Shown here piece by piece: positions 36,801 to 44,881 of a DNA stretch of 64,000 bases. The translations under genes and the position numbers were made by a program. Origin of the DNA: Flavobacteriales bacterium (GTDB lineage: Bacteria; Bacteroidota; Bacteroidia; Flavobacteriales_C; GCA-002722245). Within the stretch, counting starts at the first letter, position 1; each line of letters opens with the position of its first letter. The notes under the pieces are model-generated. The model did not search any database. It saw only the letters and a program-made list of their open reading frames with translations, and was not told the DNA's origin. The stretch spans positions 15,136 to 79,135 of the forward strand of contig JAHEZL010000007.1 of the NCBI GenBank assembly GCA_023251095.1, given 5' to 3'.

Positions 36801-36873
36801 TGGATGTCATCCTGACGAAGGAAGGACCTACTGTAGTGGGCGATAGGTCCTTCCTTCGTCAGGATGACATCCA
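36801..36873. repeat. Long perfect inverted repeat (29-bp stem, 15-nt loop).
   Basis: The arm TGGATGTCATCCTGACGAAGGAAGGACCT at 36801-36829 pairs perfectly with 36845-36873. Confidence 0.8.
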
Positions 36874-36884
36874 TACTCAAAAAA

Positions 36885-38402
36885 TCAGTTCGTCCGGCTT
36901 TTTATCAGTTTTGATATTCCCGGTAAAGGGAGGGCTTTGGTAGCAATTGCTGCAATAAAACCAAGCGCAATAGAAATAGTGATTTGCAGCGGCCAGCTGA
37001 TAGCGCTTTGTTTTAAGAGATAAAGTGTTCCGCAAAAAACACCCATCGTGATGAGGTATTTAAAAAACAGGTTCAATGTAAAGTGCAGATTAAATTTCTT
37101 TTTAGCATATCCAATTTGAAGTATACAAATGACTATTTGAGTACTTAAGCTAATGACGGCTGATCCCAGCGGACCATAAACAGGAATTAAAAAAAAGTTA
37201 GCTCCAAGATTAATCACGACACCGATGGCAGCAGTGATGTTCAGCCATTTCATTTCTCCGGCAGCTGTGAGTAAAGTGCCATAAACATACAAGGCGCTGA
37301 TGGGAATAAAGTTTAAAATAATGAAGAAGAAAATATCGGCTGATAAAGCAATTTCGGCGGGATTTTGCAGTCCCTGCAGTTCGCCGTGGAACGACAATAA
37401 TATTCTTTGCATCATTCCCATTCCTTCTACTTTTCCATACAAAGCCGAAATGATTTCATGAGAAAAGGCAGCGCAGGAAAACGCAACAAACACAGAACCC
37501 AAAATCAACAATGAACCCGAGAGCTGAATGAGTTCTGTTAGATTTTCTTTTTTGGCTATCATTTTTGAAAACATTGGTAATAGTAGCAAAGAGAAGAGGT
37601 ACGAGAAGTTAATCAGCGCTAAAAGAATTCGAAATGATTGCGCGTAAATCCCCGACGCTTCATCACCATTCGGCAACATTCTTTCCAGCATTACGGCATC
37701 AGAGAAATAGTACAACAACATCAAAATACCTATGAGGGCATAAGGAATGCATTTTTTCAAAAACACAAGGGAGAAGGCGAGATTAAATTTGAATTTGAAT
37801 TTTATTTTGGAGTGAGTAAACAGAAAAACTGCGGCCAGCAATGCGGCAAAAAGATAGCCCGCACTTTGAATGTAAATGAACCATTCTATTTTGAATTCAG
37901 AAACCTGAACGGCATACAACAAATAAAGCACAAGGATGGCCATAATCACTCTGTCGGCAATAGATATCAAACTATCGCTTTTGAAAAAATGGAGTCCTTG
38001 CAAATTGGACCTGAAATACAAAAGAAAGGCCAGCAGAATTTGATTAACACCTAAACTCGCGAGCATAATGATGGCAAAGGAATCATAGTTAAAAAGCCAT
38101 CCTATTACCATAATCATCAAAAGATAAATCACGCCCAATAGTGCTCTTAAAGGAATCAATCGATTGGTGTATTTTTCAATCAAAGCGGGATTCCCGGCGA
38201 TTTCCTTGTTGTTGAAATTTACAATTCCCGCATCCAGTATAATGTTGAGAATTTGGGTGAGATTGAACAGAGCGAAGTAGAGTCCGTAATGTTGTGTTCC
38301 TACTTTGTTCTGCACTTCAATTTCAATAAATACCCAAAGCGGTTTTATCAATAAATTGAGAAAAACCAGAAGGAGGATATTTATGAGGAAGTTTTTTTTC
38401 AT
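36885..38402 (-). CDS. Polysaccharide biosynthesis flippase (Wzx/MOP superfamily).
   Basis: It has about 14 transmembrane segments at a typical flippase length. Confidence 0.55.
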   Translation of the reverse strand: MKKNFLINILLLVFLNLLIKPLWVFIEIEVQNKVGTQHYGLYFALFNLTQILNIILDAGIVNFNNKEIAGNPALIEKYTNRLIPLRALLGVIYLLMIMVIGWLFNYDSFAIIMLASLGVNQILLAFLLYFRSNLQGLHFFKSDSLISIADRVIMAILVLYLLYAVQVSEFKIEWFIYIQSAGYLFAALLAAVFLFTHSKIKFKFKFNLAFSLVFLKKCIPYALIGILMLLYYFSDAVMLERMLPNGDEASGIYAQSFRILLALINFSYLFSLLLLPMFSKMIAKKENLTELIQLSGSLLILGSVFVAFSCAAFSHEIISALYGKVEGMGMMQRILLSFHGELQGLQNPAEIALSADIFFFIILNFIPISALYVYGTLLTAAGEMKWLNITAAIGVVINLGANFFLIPVYGPLGSAVISLSTQIVICILQIGYAKKKFNLHFTLNLFFKYLITMGVFCGTLYLLKQSAISWPLQITISIALGFIAAIATKALPLPGISKLIKSRTN

Positions 38403-38476
38403 TAATTGAAGTAAAGGTAAAGTATCTTTTGTGCTGTTAGAAAATTTATGGAAATTAGTTCAATATTAAAACAATT

Positions 38477-39184
38477 ATGATTGCCGTCATTATTCCAGCC
38501 TACAATGAAGAAGCTAATATTGCGGCAGTGATTGGTGCGGTTCATGAATTGAAAGCTCAATCAGGATTGCCTTTTGTTCCGGTAGTGATAAATGATGGTT
38601 CGTCGGATAAAACGGGACAAATCATACAAAATTTGAATTGTGTTGATTTACATCTTCCGATAAATCAAGGAATAGGAGCAGCGGTGCAAACCGGATTGCT
38701 TTATGCACAAAGAAATAATTTTGATTATGCTGTTCAGGTAGATGGTGACGGGCAACATCCTTTAAACAATGTTTTATTGATGATTAAAGCAATTCAGGAG
38801 CAGGAGGTGGATGTGGTGATTGGTTCTAGATATATTGAAAACGTAGGATACCGTTCTACTTTTTTCAGAAGATTGGGTATTAAATATTTTGAGTATTTAA
38901 ATTATTTGCTGGTGGGAGTGAGGATTACAGATAATACTTCTGGCTTGCGCTTATTCAATCAAAAAGCGATTTCAAAAATTGTGGATATCTACCCTGATGA
39001 TTATCCTGAACCTGAAGCTATTATTTTATTTAAAAAGAAGGGTTTGAAATTTATTGAAATACCTGTAGTGATGCAGGAAAGAACCGGAGGAACATCATCT
39101 ATCACGATGTCGCGTTCAATTTATTATATGGTAAAAGTTTCATTAGCCCTTATATTTGCATCAATCAGTAAAAAAAGTAAATGA
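38477..39184 (+). CDS. Family 2 glycosyltransferase (polyprenyl-phosphate sugar synthase, DPM1/ArnC-like).
   Basis: The motifs IIPAYNEE, a DGSSD-type DxD and VQVDGDGQHP are present. Confidence 0.8.
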   Translation: MIAVIIPAYNEEANIAAVIGAVHELKAQSGLPFVPVVINDGSSDKTGQIIQNLNCVDLHLPINQGIGAAVQTGLLYAQRNNFDYAVQVDGDGQHPLNNVLLMIKAIQEQEVDVVIGSRYIENVGYRSTFFRRLGIKYFEYLNYLLVGVRITDNTSGLRLFNQKAISKIVDIYPDDYPEPEAIILFKKKGLKFIEIPVVMQERTGGTSSITMSRSIYYMVKVSLALIFASISKKSK

Positions 39185-39540
39185 CACGTATTCAGTTCAT
39201 CACCCTGGTAGTTTGTATTGCTTTGTTGGCTTATGTTACCCGTTTAGTGATAAAAGGTAAGCTGCGTGTTGAATATTCTATCTTTTGGATATTGGTTTCC
39301 TTGCTTCTGGTATTGTTTACTTTTTGGAAAACAGGATTTGAGTTGATTGCCAGAAAACTAGAAGTTTACGAAGCTCCGAATTTAATTTTTACTGTTGCCA
39401 TTTTTACTGTTTTTGTATACTTACTTCATTTATCAGTAGTGAATACAAAACTTCAGAAATCAAATAAAAAATTAGCTCAGGAAATCGCAATATTGAATCA
39501 AAAAATTAAATCTGAAAAGAAGAATGAAAAAGTTATTTAA
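39181..39540 (+). CDS. Small membrane protein, DUF2304-like.
   Basis: It has three predicted transmembrane segments at ~119 aa. It follows a GT2 gene, as DUF2304 genes typically do. Confidence 0.4.
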   Translation: MTRIQFITLVVCIALLAYVTRLVIKGKLRVEYSIFWILVSLLLVLFTFWKTGFELIARKLEVYEAPNLIFTVAIFTVFVYLLHLSVVNTKLQKSNKKLAQEIAILNQKIKSEKKNEKVI

Positions 39541-40867
39541 AAGTCCGTCCGCAATTTTTTTAATGTTTGCTTTTTTATTTTCTTCTACTACTTATAATGT
39601 TTGGAAAAACTGGCAGAATGGAAATCCTTTTTATTCTGACGTTGATCAATACTATAGTTATTTGGTTGCCGCTTTTGTAAAGAATGATCTTACTTTTCAT
39701 TTTCCTAATCAATATTGGTTGTCTTCACCTAAAGGTATACCTGTTCCAAAAGTGTCAATGGGTATGGCATACATGTACACGCCCTTTTTTGCGATAAGTC
39801 ATTTTGTTGCCATTAACAGTTCGGAATATCCTCCGGATGGCTATTCTAAGCCATATGCTTATGGAATGCAGTGGGGAAGTATAATTTATGGTTTGCTGGG
39901 CTTGCTTTTTTTACGGAAGCTATTGCTCAATTTTTTTGATGAGTGGCCAACTACGCTTACGCTGATTTCAGTATTTATGGCTACTAATTTATTTCATTAT
40001 TTTCTTGGCTGGCCATTGATGCCACATAGTTATTTATTCTTTTTGTTTGCTTTGCTATTGCATTTGGTTGTTCGTTGGCATCAAAATCCGCAAATGAAAA
40101 CAATGATGCTGATTGGTTTTTTAATTGGTTTGATAGCTGTTATAAGACCTCTTGATGTTTTAGTAGCTCTTATACCTCTTTTGTACGGTGTGTATTCCAA
40201 AGAATCTTTTCACCAGAAAATCCAATTACTAAAAACTAATTTTTTACAGTTAAGGATAGGGTTTGTCTTTTTTTGGATTCCGATAATCCCACAGTTAATT
40301 TATTGGAAATGGGCTACGGGAGAATTCTTGTACTTTTCTTACGGTGATTCTGAGCGTTTCTTTTTTAATGATCCTCAGATTGTGAATTTTCTTTTTAGTT
40401 ACAGAAAAGGATGGTTTGTTTATACGCCTATAATGGTTTTAGCCATCATTGGATTTTTTCAAATGAAAAGATTTAAAGATTTTTCAATCGCCATTCTTGT
40501 CTATACAATTCTTGTTATTTACTTACTTTCTACCTGGTGGTGTTGGTGGTATGGAGGTGGTCAAGGTATGCGTGCTATGGTGCAGAGTTATGCTATATTG
40601 GCCATTCCGCTGGCGGCATTTTACAGCTATGTTTTTACCAATAAATTTTTGAAATTTATTTTTGTTCGTTTACTAGTGGTGTTTGTGTACTTTAATTTCC
40701 TTTTAACCTGGCAGTATAAAACAAATATTCTTCATTGGGATGGGGTAAATAAAGAAGTGTTTTGGGGCGTTTTTGGTGAATGGGACAGATCAAATGTACC
40801 TGAAAGTGTATTTGAAAAAGTTATTTCCCCTGATTATGATAAAGCCAAAAAGGGGGAAAGGGATTAA
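39524..40867 (+). CDS. Polytopic membrane protein, a putative GT-C-fold glycosyltransferase (ArnT/PMT-like).
   Basis: It has many transmembrane segments. An early loop carries a DxD..YY motif (SDVDQYYSYL). It is a paralog of the next gene. Confidence 0.4.
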   Translation: MKKLFKSPSAIFLMFAFLFSSTTYNVWKNWQNGNPFYSDVDQYYSYLVAAFVKNDLTFHFPNQYWLSSPKGIPVPKVSMGMAYMYTPFFAISHFVAINSSEYPPDGYSKPYAYGMQWGSIIYGLLGLLFLRKLLLNFFDEWPTTLTLISVFMATNLFHYFLGWPLMPHSYLFFLFALLLHLVVRWHQNPQMKTMMLIGFLIGLIAVIRPLDVLVALIPLLYGVYSKESFHQKIQLLKTNFLQLRIGFVFFWIPIIPQLIYWKWATGEFLYFSYGDSERFFFNDPQIVNFLFSYRKGWFVYTPIMVLAIIGFFQMKRFKDFSIAILVYTILVIYLLSTWWCWWYGGGQGMRAMVQSYAILAIPLAAFYSYVFTNKFLKFIFVRLLVVFVYFNFLLTWQYKTNILHWDGVNKEVFWGVFGEWDRSNVPESVFEKVISPDYDKAKKGERD

Positions 40868-40895
40868 TTGAAAAAGTAGTTTTATTATTGAAAAC

Positions 40896-42764
40896 ATGGA
40901 ACAAAAAAACAGATATTCCTTATTCGCGGCCTGGTTGATTGTTTTTGCAATTTTAATTGCGCATGTTTTCAATCCCAGAACTACAGGTGATGCTTATAAA
41001 AAGGAGCTTTCATTCGATTGTTTTTCTTACTATCTGTATTTGCCATCCACGTTTATTTATGATATTGAAATGCAGAATCAGGATACTTTGCATCAGCTGT
41101 TCGACAAATATCAGCCATCGCCTACTTTTTATCAGATTTACAAAATTGAAAATGGTAATTGGACTCCCAATTATACCTGTGGATTAGCAATGGTTTGGAT
41201 GCCTGCGTTTGCTGTTGCACATACCTGGGCGAATTTATCGGATGCTTATCCTTCCGACGGCTTATCCTTCCCTTATCAGTTTTGTATTGCCATGTGGATG
41301 ATATTGTTAATCCTCCCCGGCATTTTTGTTTTGCGAAAAGTGCTGCTCAAATTTTTCAGTGATGCTGTTTCGGCGCTTACTATGCTGTTTATGGTGTTCG
41401 GTACCATTTATTTTCACGAAGCTTTTGATGATTATTTACAGCCGCACGCACTTTTGTTTACGGGTTATGCTTTGTTGTTATACAACACTATTGTATGGCA
41501 TGAAACACAGCAAAGAAAAAATGCTATATATCTCGGCTTGCTGATGGGTATCATGATTTTAATCCGTCCGAGTGAAATTTTATGCGTGTTTATTCCTTTG
41601 CTCTGGAATGTTTACGACAAAGCATCTTTTCTCGCGAAAGTTCAATTGGTAAAAAACCATTTGTCTCATTTTCTCCTCCTGGCTTTATCTGCTTTTGTGG
41701 TGGCGATTCCGCAAATGATTTATTGGAAAATTGTTACGGACTCATTTATTTTCTTCAGTTATCAGCACACCGAAGGGTTTGATTTTTCTCATCCGCACAT
41801 CATCGAAAATTTATTCAGCTTCAAAAAAAGTTTATTGGTTTATACACCACTGATAGTCTTTCCGATAGCAGGGTTTTTCTTTTTAAGAAAACATAAAAAG
41901 GAGATCTATTATTCAATAGTGATTTTTGCTCTTTTAAACTTCTTCTTATTGGCTTCATGGGCAGCGTGGTGGAATGGCGGAAGTTATGGGATGAGGTACT
42001 ATACGGAGTCGTTGGCTGTTATGGCTCTTCCTTTTGGATTTTTAATTAATGCCCTATCGCAAAGTAAACTCTGGCTGAAAGTTTTAACTTTTGGCACAAT
42101 GCTGCTCCTGACGGTTTTAAATCTTTTTCAAACCTGGCAATATGTCAATTGGATTATTCCCTCCGATCGTATGAACTGGGAGTATTACAAAAGGATTTGG
42201 CTGAAAACGGAAATTACGGATGAGGATCGTTCGTATATGGAGATTGAACGATCTATTGGAGAAACAGAAGGATTTACCAACCCTCAGGATTATAACGGAA
42301 GAATGGTTGGATTTTACAATTTCGAAACCATTAATTCCGAAACCATTGATCAGGAGCGTTGCGATACCTTTTCACTCAGCAAACCTTATTCTTTCCGCTA
42401 TGGCCCTGATCAGGAATGGGGACCTACTTATTACATTCCTTATGAATATTTAGTGAAAGAAGGTGATGATCATGTATGGCTGCGGGTTTCTTTGGATTAT
42501 TTTGCAGGAACCGACGTCAAAGAAAATCCCGGAAGCATAGTCATCAATATGCCGCATGGAAAGGATTATAAGTTAAAGTACCGCTGTTTTGATTTTGAAA
42601 AATATCCATTCATACCAAATGCTTGGAATCACATTTCTTTTGATTACATGACGCCGCATCCTTATTTGGAAAGTGATAATATGCAAATATTTGTGTGGCA
42701 TCGTGGTAAACAAAATTTTTACATAGATAACTTACACATAGAAGCTTTTCATAAAAAACGATAA
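40896..42764 (+). CDS. Polytopic membrane protein, a putative GT-C-like glycosyltransferase, with a soluble C-terminal beta-rich domain.
   Basis: Its transmembrane segments are paralogous to those of 39524..40867. It has a ~200-aa C-terminal extension ending FYIDNLHIEAF. Confidence 0.4.
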   Translation: MEQKNRYSLFAAWLIVFAILIAHVFNPRTTGDAYKKELSFDCFSYYLYLPSTFIYDIEMQNQDTLHQLFDKYQPSPTFYQIYKIENGNWTPNYTCGLAMVWMPAFAVAHTWANLSDAYPSDGLSFPYQFCIAMWMILLILPGIFVLRKVLLKFFSDAVSALTMLFMVFGTIYFHEAFDDYLQPHALLFTGYALLLYNTIVWHETQQRKNAIYLGLLMGIMILIRPSEILCVFIPLLWNVYDKASFLAKVQLVKNHLSHFLLLALSAFVVAIPQMIYWKIVTDSFIFFSYQHTEGFDFSHPHIIENLFSFKKSLLVYTPLIVFPIAGFFFLRKHKKEIYYSIVIFALLNFFLLASWAAWWNGGSYGMRYYTESLAVMALPFGFLINALSQSKLWLKVLTFGTMLLLTVLNLFQTWQYVNWIIPSDRMNWEYYKRIWLKTEITDEDRSYMEIERSIGETEGFTNPQDYNGRMVGFYNFETINSETIDQERCDTFSLSKPYSFRYGPDQEWGPTYYIPYEYLVKEGDDHVWLRVSLDYFAGTDVKENPGSIVINMPHGKDYKLKYRCFDFEKYPFIPNAWNHISFDYMTPHPYLESDNMQIFVWHRGKQNFYIDNLHIEAFHKKR

Positions 42765-43351
42765 TGAATATGAAGAATAAAGTACTTCAATTTTTTCCAT
42801 ATGCATTGGTTGGAATCATCATCATTTATTTAGCGGTAAAATACGATGCAATTAACAGGGGAGTGGTTGAGTCGGATGTTGAGGTAAAAGCTCTTGAAAT
42901 TGAAACACTCGTTACACATTTTTCCTCTTTTGATACACTTGAAAAAATTAATTTTGTTGCCGATGAAAAAGTGAAGTTTGCCGGAAAAAGTTCGGCCTTA
43001 ATTGCTAAGGATAATTTATACGGTCCAACATTTTCTTATGATTCCATAAGTGTTATAAAGAAGACGAAAAAAGTTGTGGTGAGTTTTATGGTTTTTTCCA
43101 CTATGCCTGTTAAAGATGCAACGGTGGTAATATCCTTCAGTAATGAAAAGGAAAATGTGATTTATAAAAATGCACGCATATCTGAAAATTTTAAGATCAA
43201 CGACTGGAACAAGGTTTTGATTGAGTTCGAAATCGACAATTCTATTCTTGCTAATGAAAGTAAAATTGAATTTAAAGCGTATGTATATAATCCGAAAAAT
43301 GAGGAAGTATACATCGACGATTTTAAGGTGCAATTGTTGAGTTTAAAATAG
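42764..43351 (+). CDS. Hypothetical membrane-anchored protein.
   Basis: It has an N-terminal transmembrane segment. Its C-terminus (VYIDDFKVQL) resembles the end of the preceding protein. Confidence 0.3.
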   Translation: MNMKNKVLQFFPYALVGIIIIYLAVKYDAINRGVVESDVEVKALEIETLVTHFSSFDTLEKINFVADEKVKFAGKSSALIAKDNLYGPTFSYDSISVIKKTKKVVVSFMVFSTMPVKDATVVISFSNEKENVIYKNARISENFKINDWNKVLIEFEIDNSILANESKIEFKAYVYNPKNEEVYIDDFKVQLLSLK

Positions 43352-43379
43352 TGCTAAAGCTACTAAACATTATAAGTGT

Positions 43380-44195
43380 ATGACGGTTCATGAATTTTAT
43401 GATTTACTATTAAAAGAGTTGGAAGAAAATCCTAATTTGAGAGGATATTACCGCTTTTTAAACGATATGACTCCCGCGAAATATGCTTTCCGGAAAAAGT
43501 ATTTTATTCAGCGTTTGGAATATATTAATGATGCTGTTTCAAAAGGGAATTCTGTTATTTGGGATTGTGGCTGCGGTTATGGAACTACTGCCATTTTTCT
43601 CACTTTAAACGGCCACAAAGTTTATGGGAATACGCTGGAATATTATTTTGAACAAATTCCTGCACGACTCCAATACTGGGAGAAATTCGGGGATCTCAAA
43701 AATTTAAAACTCGATTATCTCAATCACTTTGATATGAAGGATCAGGGCATTTATGATTACGTAATTGCTCAGGATACTTTGCATCATTTGGAACCGAATC
43801 ATGAGGCGTTGGACATTATCAGTACGGCTTTGAAATCCGGAGGAAGTTTAATTTCTATTGAAGAAAACGGAAAAAATATTTTCAATCGTGTGAAAAATTA
43901 TTTGCGCCGCGGGAACAAGCGCATCAAAGAAATTTACGATGAGCGCCTGCAAAGAAAAATTTTAATCGGTGATGAAAACACTCGTTCGGTAGAAGAGTGG
44001 GACAAGCTTTTGGCTGCGGTGAATTTAAAGCTGGATCACGATTCATTGAAGTACGTTCGTTTGTTCTTGCCGGCTTTTTATAAAGTATATTCAGAAGAAA
44101 AAATTGATAAAAAGGAAAATGAAATCTGGAAAAAAAACAGCTTTCTGCGAAGGTATTTTTATTTCGGAACAAGCTTCCTTGCAAATAAAAAATAA
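43380..44195 (+). CDS. Class I SAM-dependent methyltransferase.
   Basis: Motif I reads VIWDCGCGYGTTAIFL. Confidence 0.65.
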   Translation: MTVHEFYDLLLKELEENPNLRGYYRFLNDMTPAKYAFRKKYFIQRLEYINDAVSKGNSVIWDCGCGYGTTAIFLTLNGHKVYGNTLEYYFEQIPARLQYWEKFGDLKNLKLDYLNHFDMKDQGIYDYVIAQDTLHHLEPNHEALDIISTALKSGGSLISIEENGKNIFNRVKNYLRRGNKRIKEIYDERLQRKILIGDENTRSVEEWDKLLAAVNLKLDHDSLKYVRLFLPAFYKVYSEEKIDKKENEIWKKNSFLRRYFYFGTSFLANKK

Positions 44196-44797
44196 TGCTC
44201 AAAGCTTATTTTGAAAAAGGAAAAATTGAAGCCGGTTGCGATGAAGCCGGTCGGGGTTGCCTTGCCGGACCAGTGTTTTCCGCTGCTGTAATATTGCCTC
44301 CCAACTACAAAAATAAAATGCTCAACGATTCCAAAAAACTCAATGAAAAGAAAAGATTGATTTTAAGGGAAGAGATTTTAAAAGATGCTTTGGCCTGGCA
44401 AATTGCTTCGGTGAACAACACTGAAATTGACGAGATCAATATTTTAAATGCTTCTTTTCTGGCGATGCACCGTGCTTTGGACGGATTGAAAATGACGCCC
44501 GAATTGTTGCTCATCGACGGTAATCGTTTCAAAAAATACAAAAATATTGCTCATCAATGCGTCATAAAAGGAGACGGAAAATACATGAGTATTGCCGCGG
44601 CTTCTATTCTTGCTAAAACCGAACGGGATGCTTTTATGGAAAACATTGCTTTGCAATTTCCTCAGTATGGATGGAGCATCAACAAAGGCTATCCTACCTT
44701 AAAACATCGTGAAGCCATAAGGCAATATGGCACAACGCTTCATCATCGCCTTACTTTCCGCTTACTTCCGGTGGGAGAACAATTGTCGCTTTTTTGA
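44195..44797 (+). CDS. rnhB: Ribonuclease HII.
   Basis: The active-site motif GCDEAGRGCLAGPV is present. Confidence 0.9.
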   Translation: MLKAYFEKGKIEAGCDEAGRGCLAGPVFSAAVILPPNYKNKMLNDSKKLNEKKRLILREEILKDALAWQIASVNNTEIDEINILNASFLAMHRALDGLKMTPELLLIDGNRFKKYKNIAHQCVIKGDGKYMSIAAASILAKTERDAFMENIALQFPQYGWSINKGYPTLKHREAIRQYGTTLHHRLTFRLLPVGEQLSLF

Positions 44798-44881
44798 AAA
44801 AACACTTGTTTATAAGTATTGATAACACTCGGTAAATTTCAGTTTTATCCTAATATTTTTGTTCTTCGAAATTTACATTAC

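Noticed and set aside
36801-36873. The long perfect hairpin interpreted as a MITE or IS remnant.
   Set aside because: No terminal inverted repeats with target-site duplications were seen, and no second copy was found in the window. It is kept as a finding only as a structural oddity.
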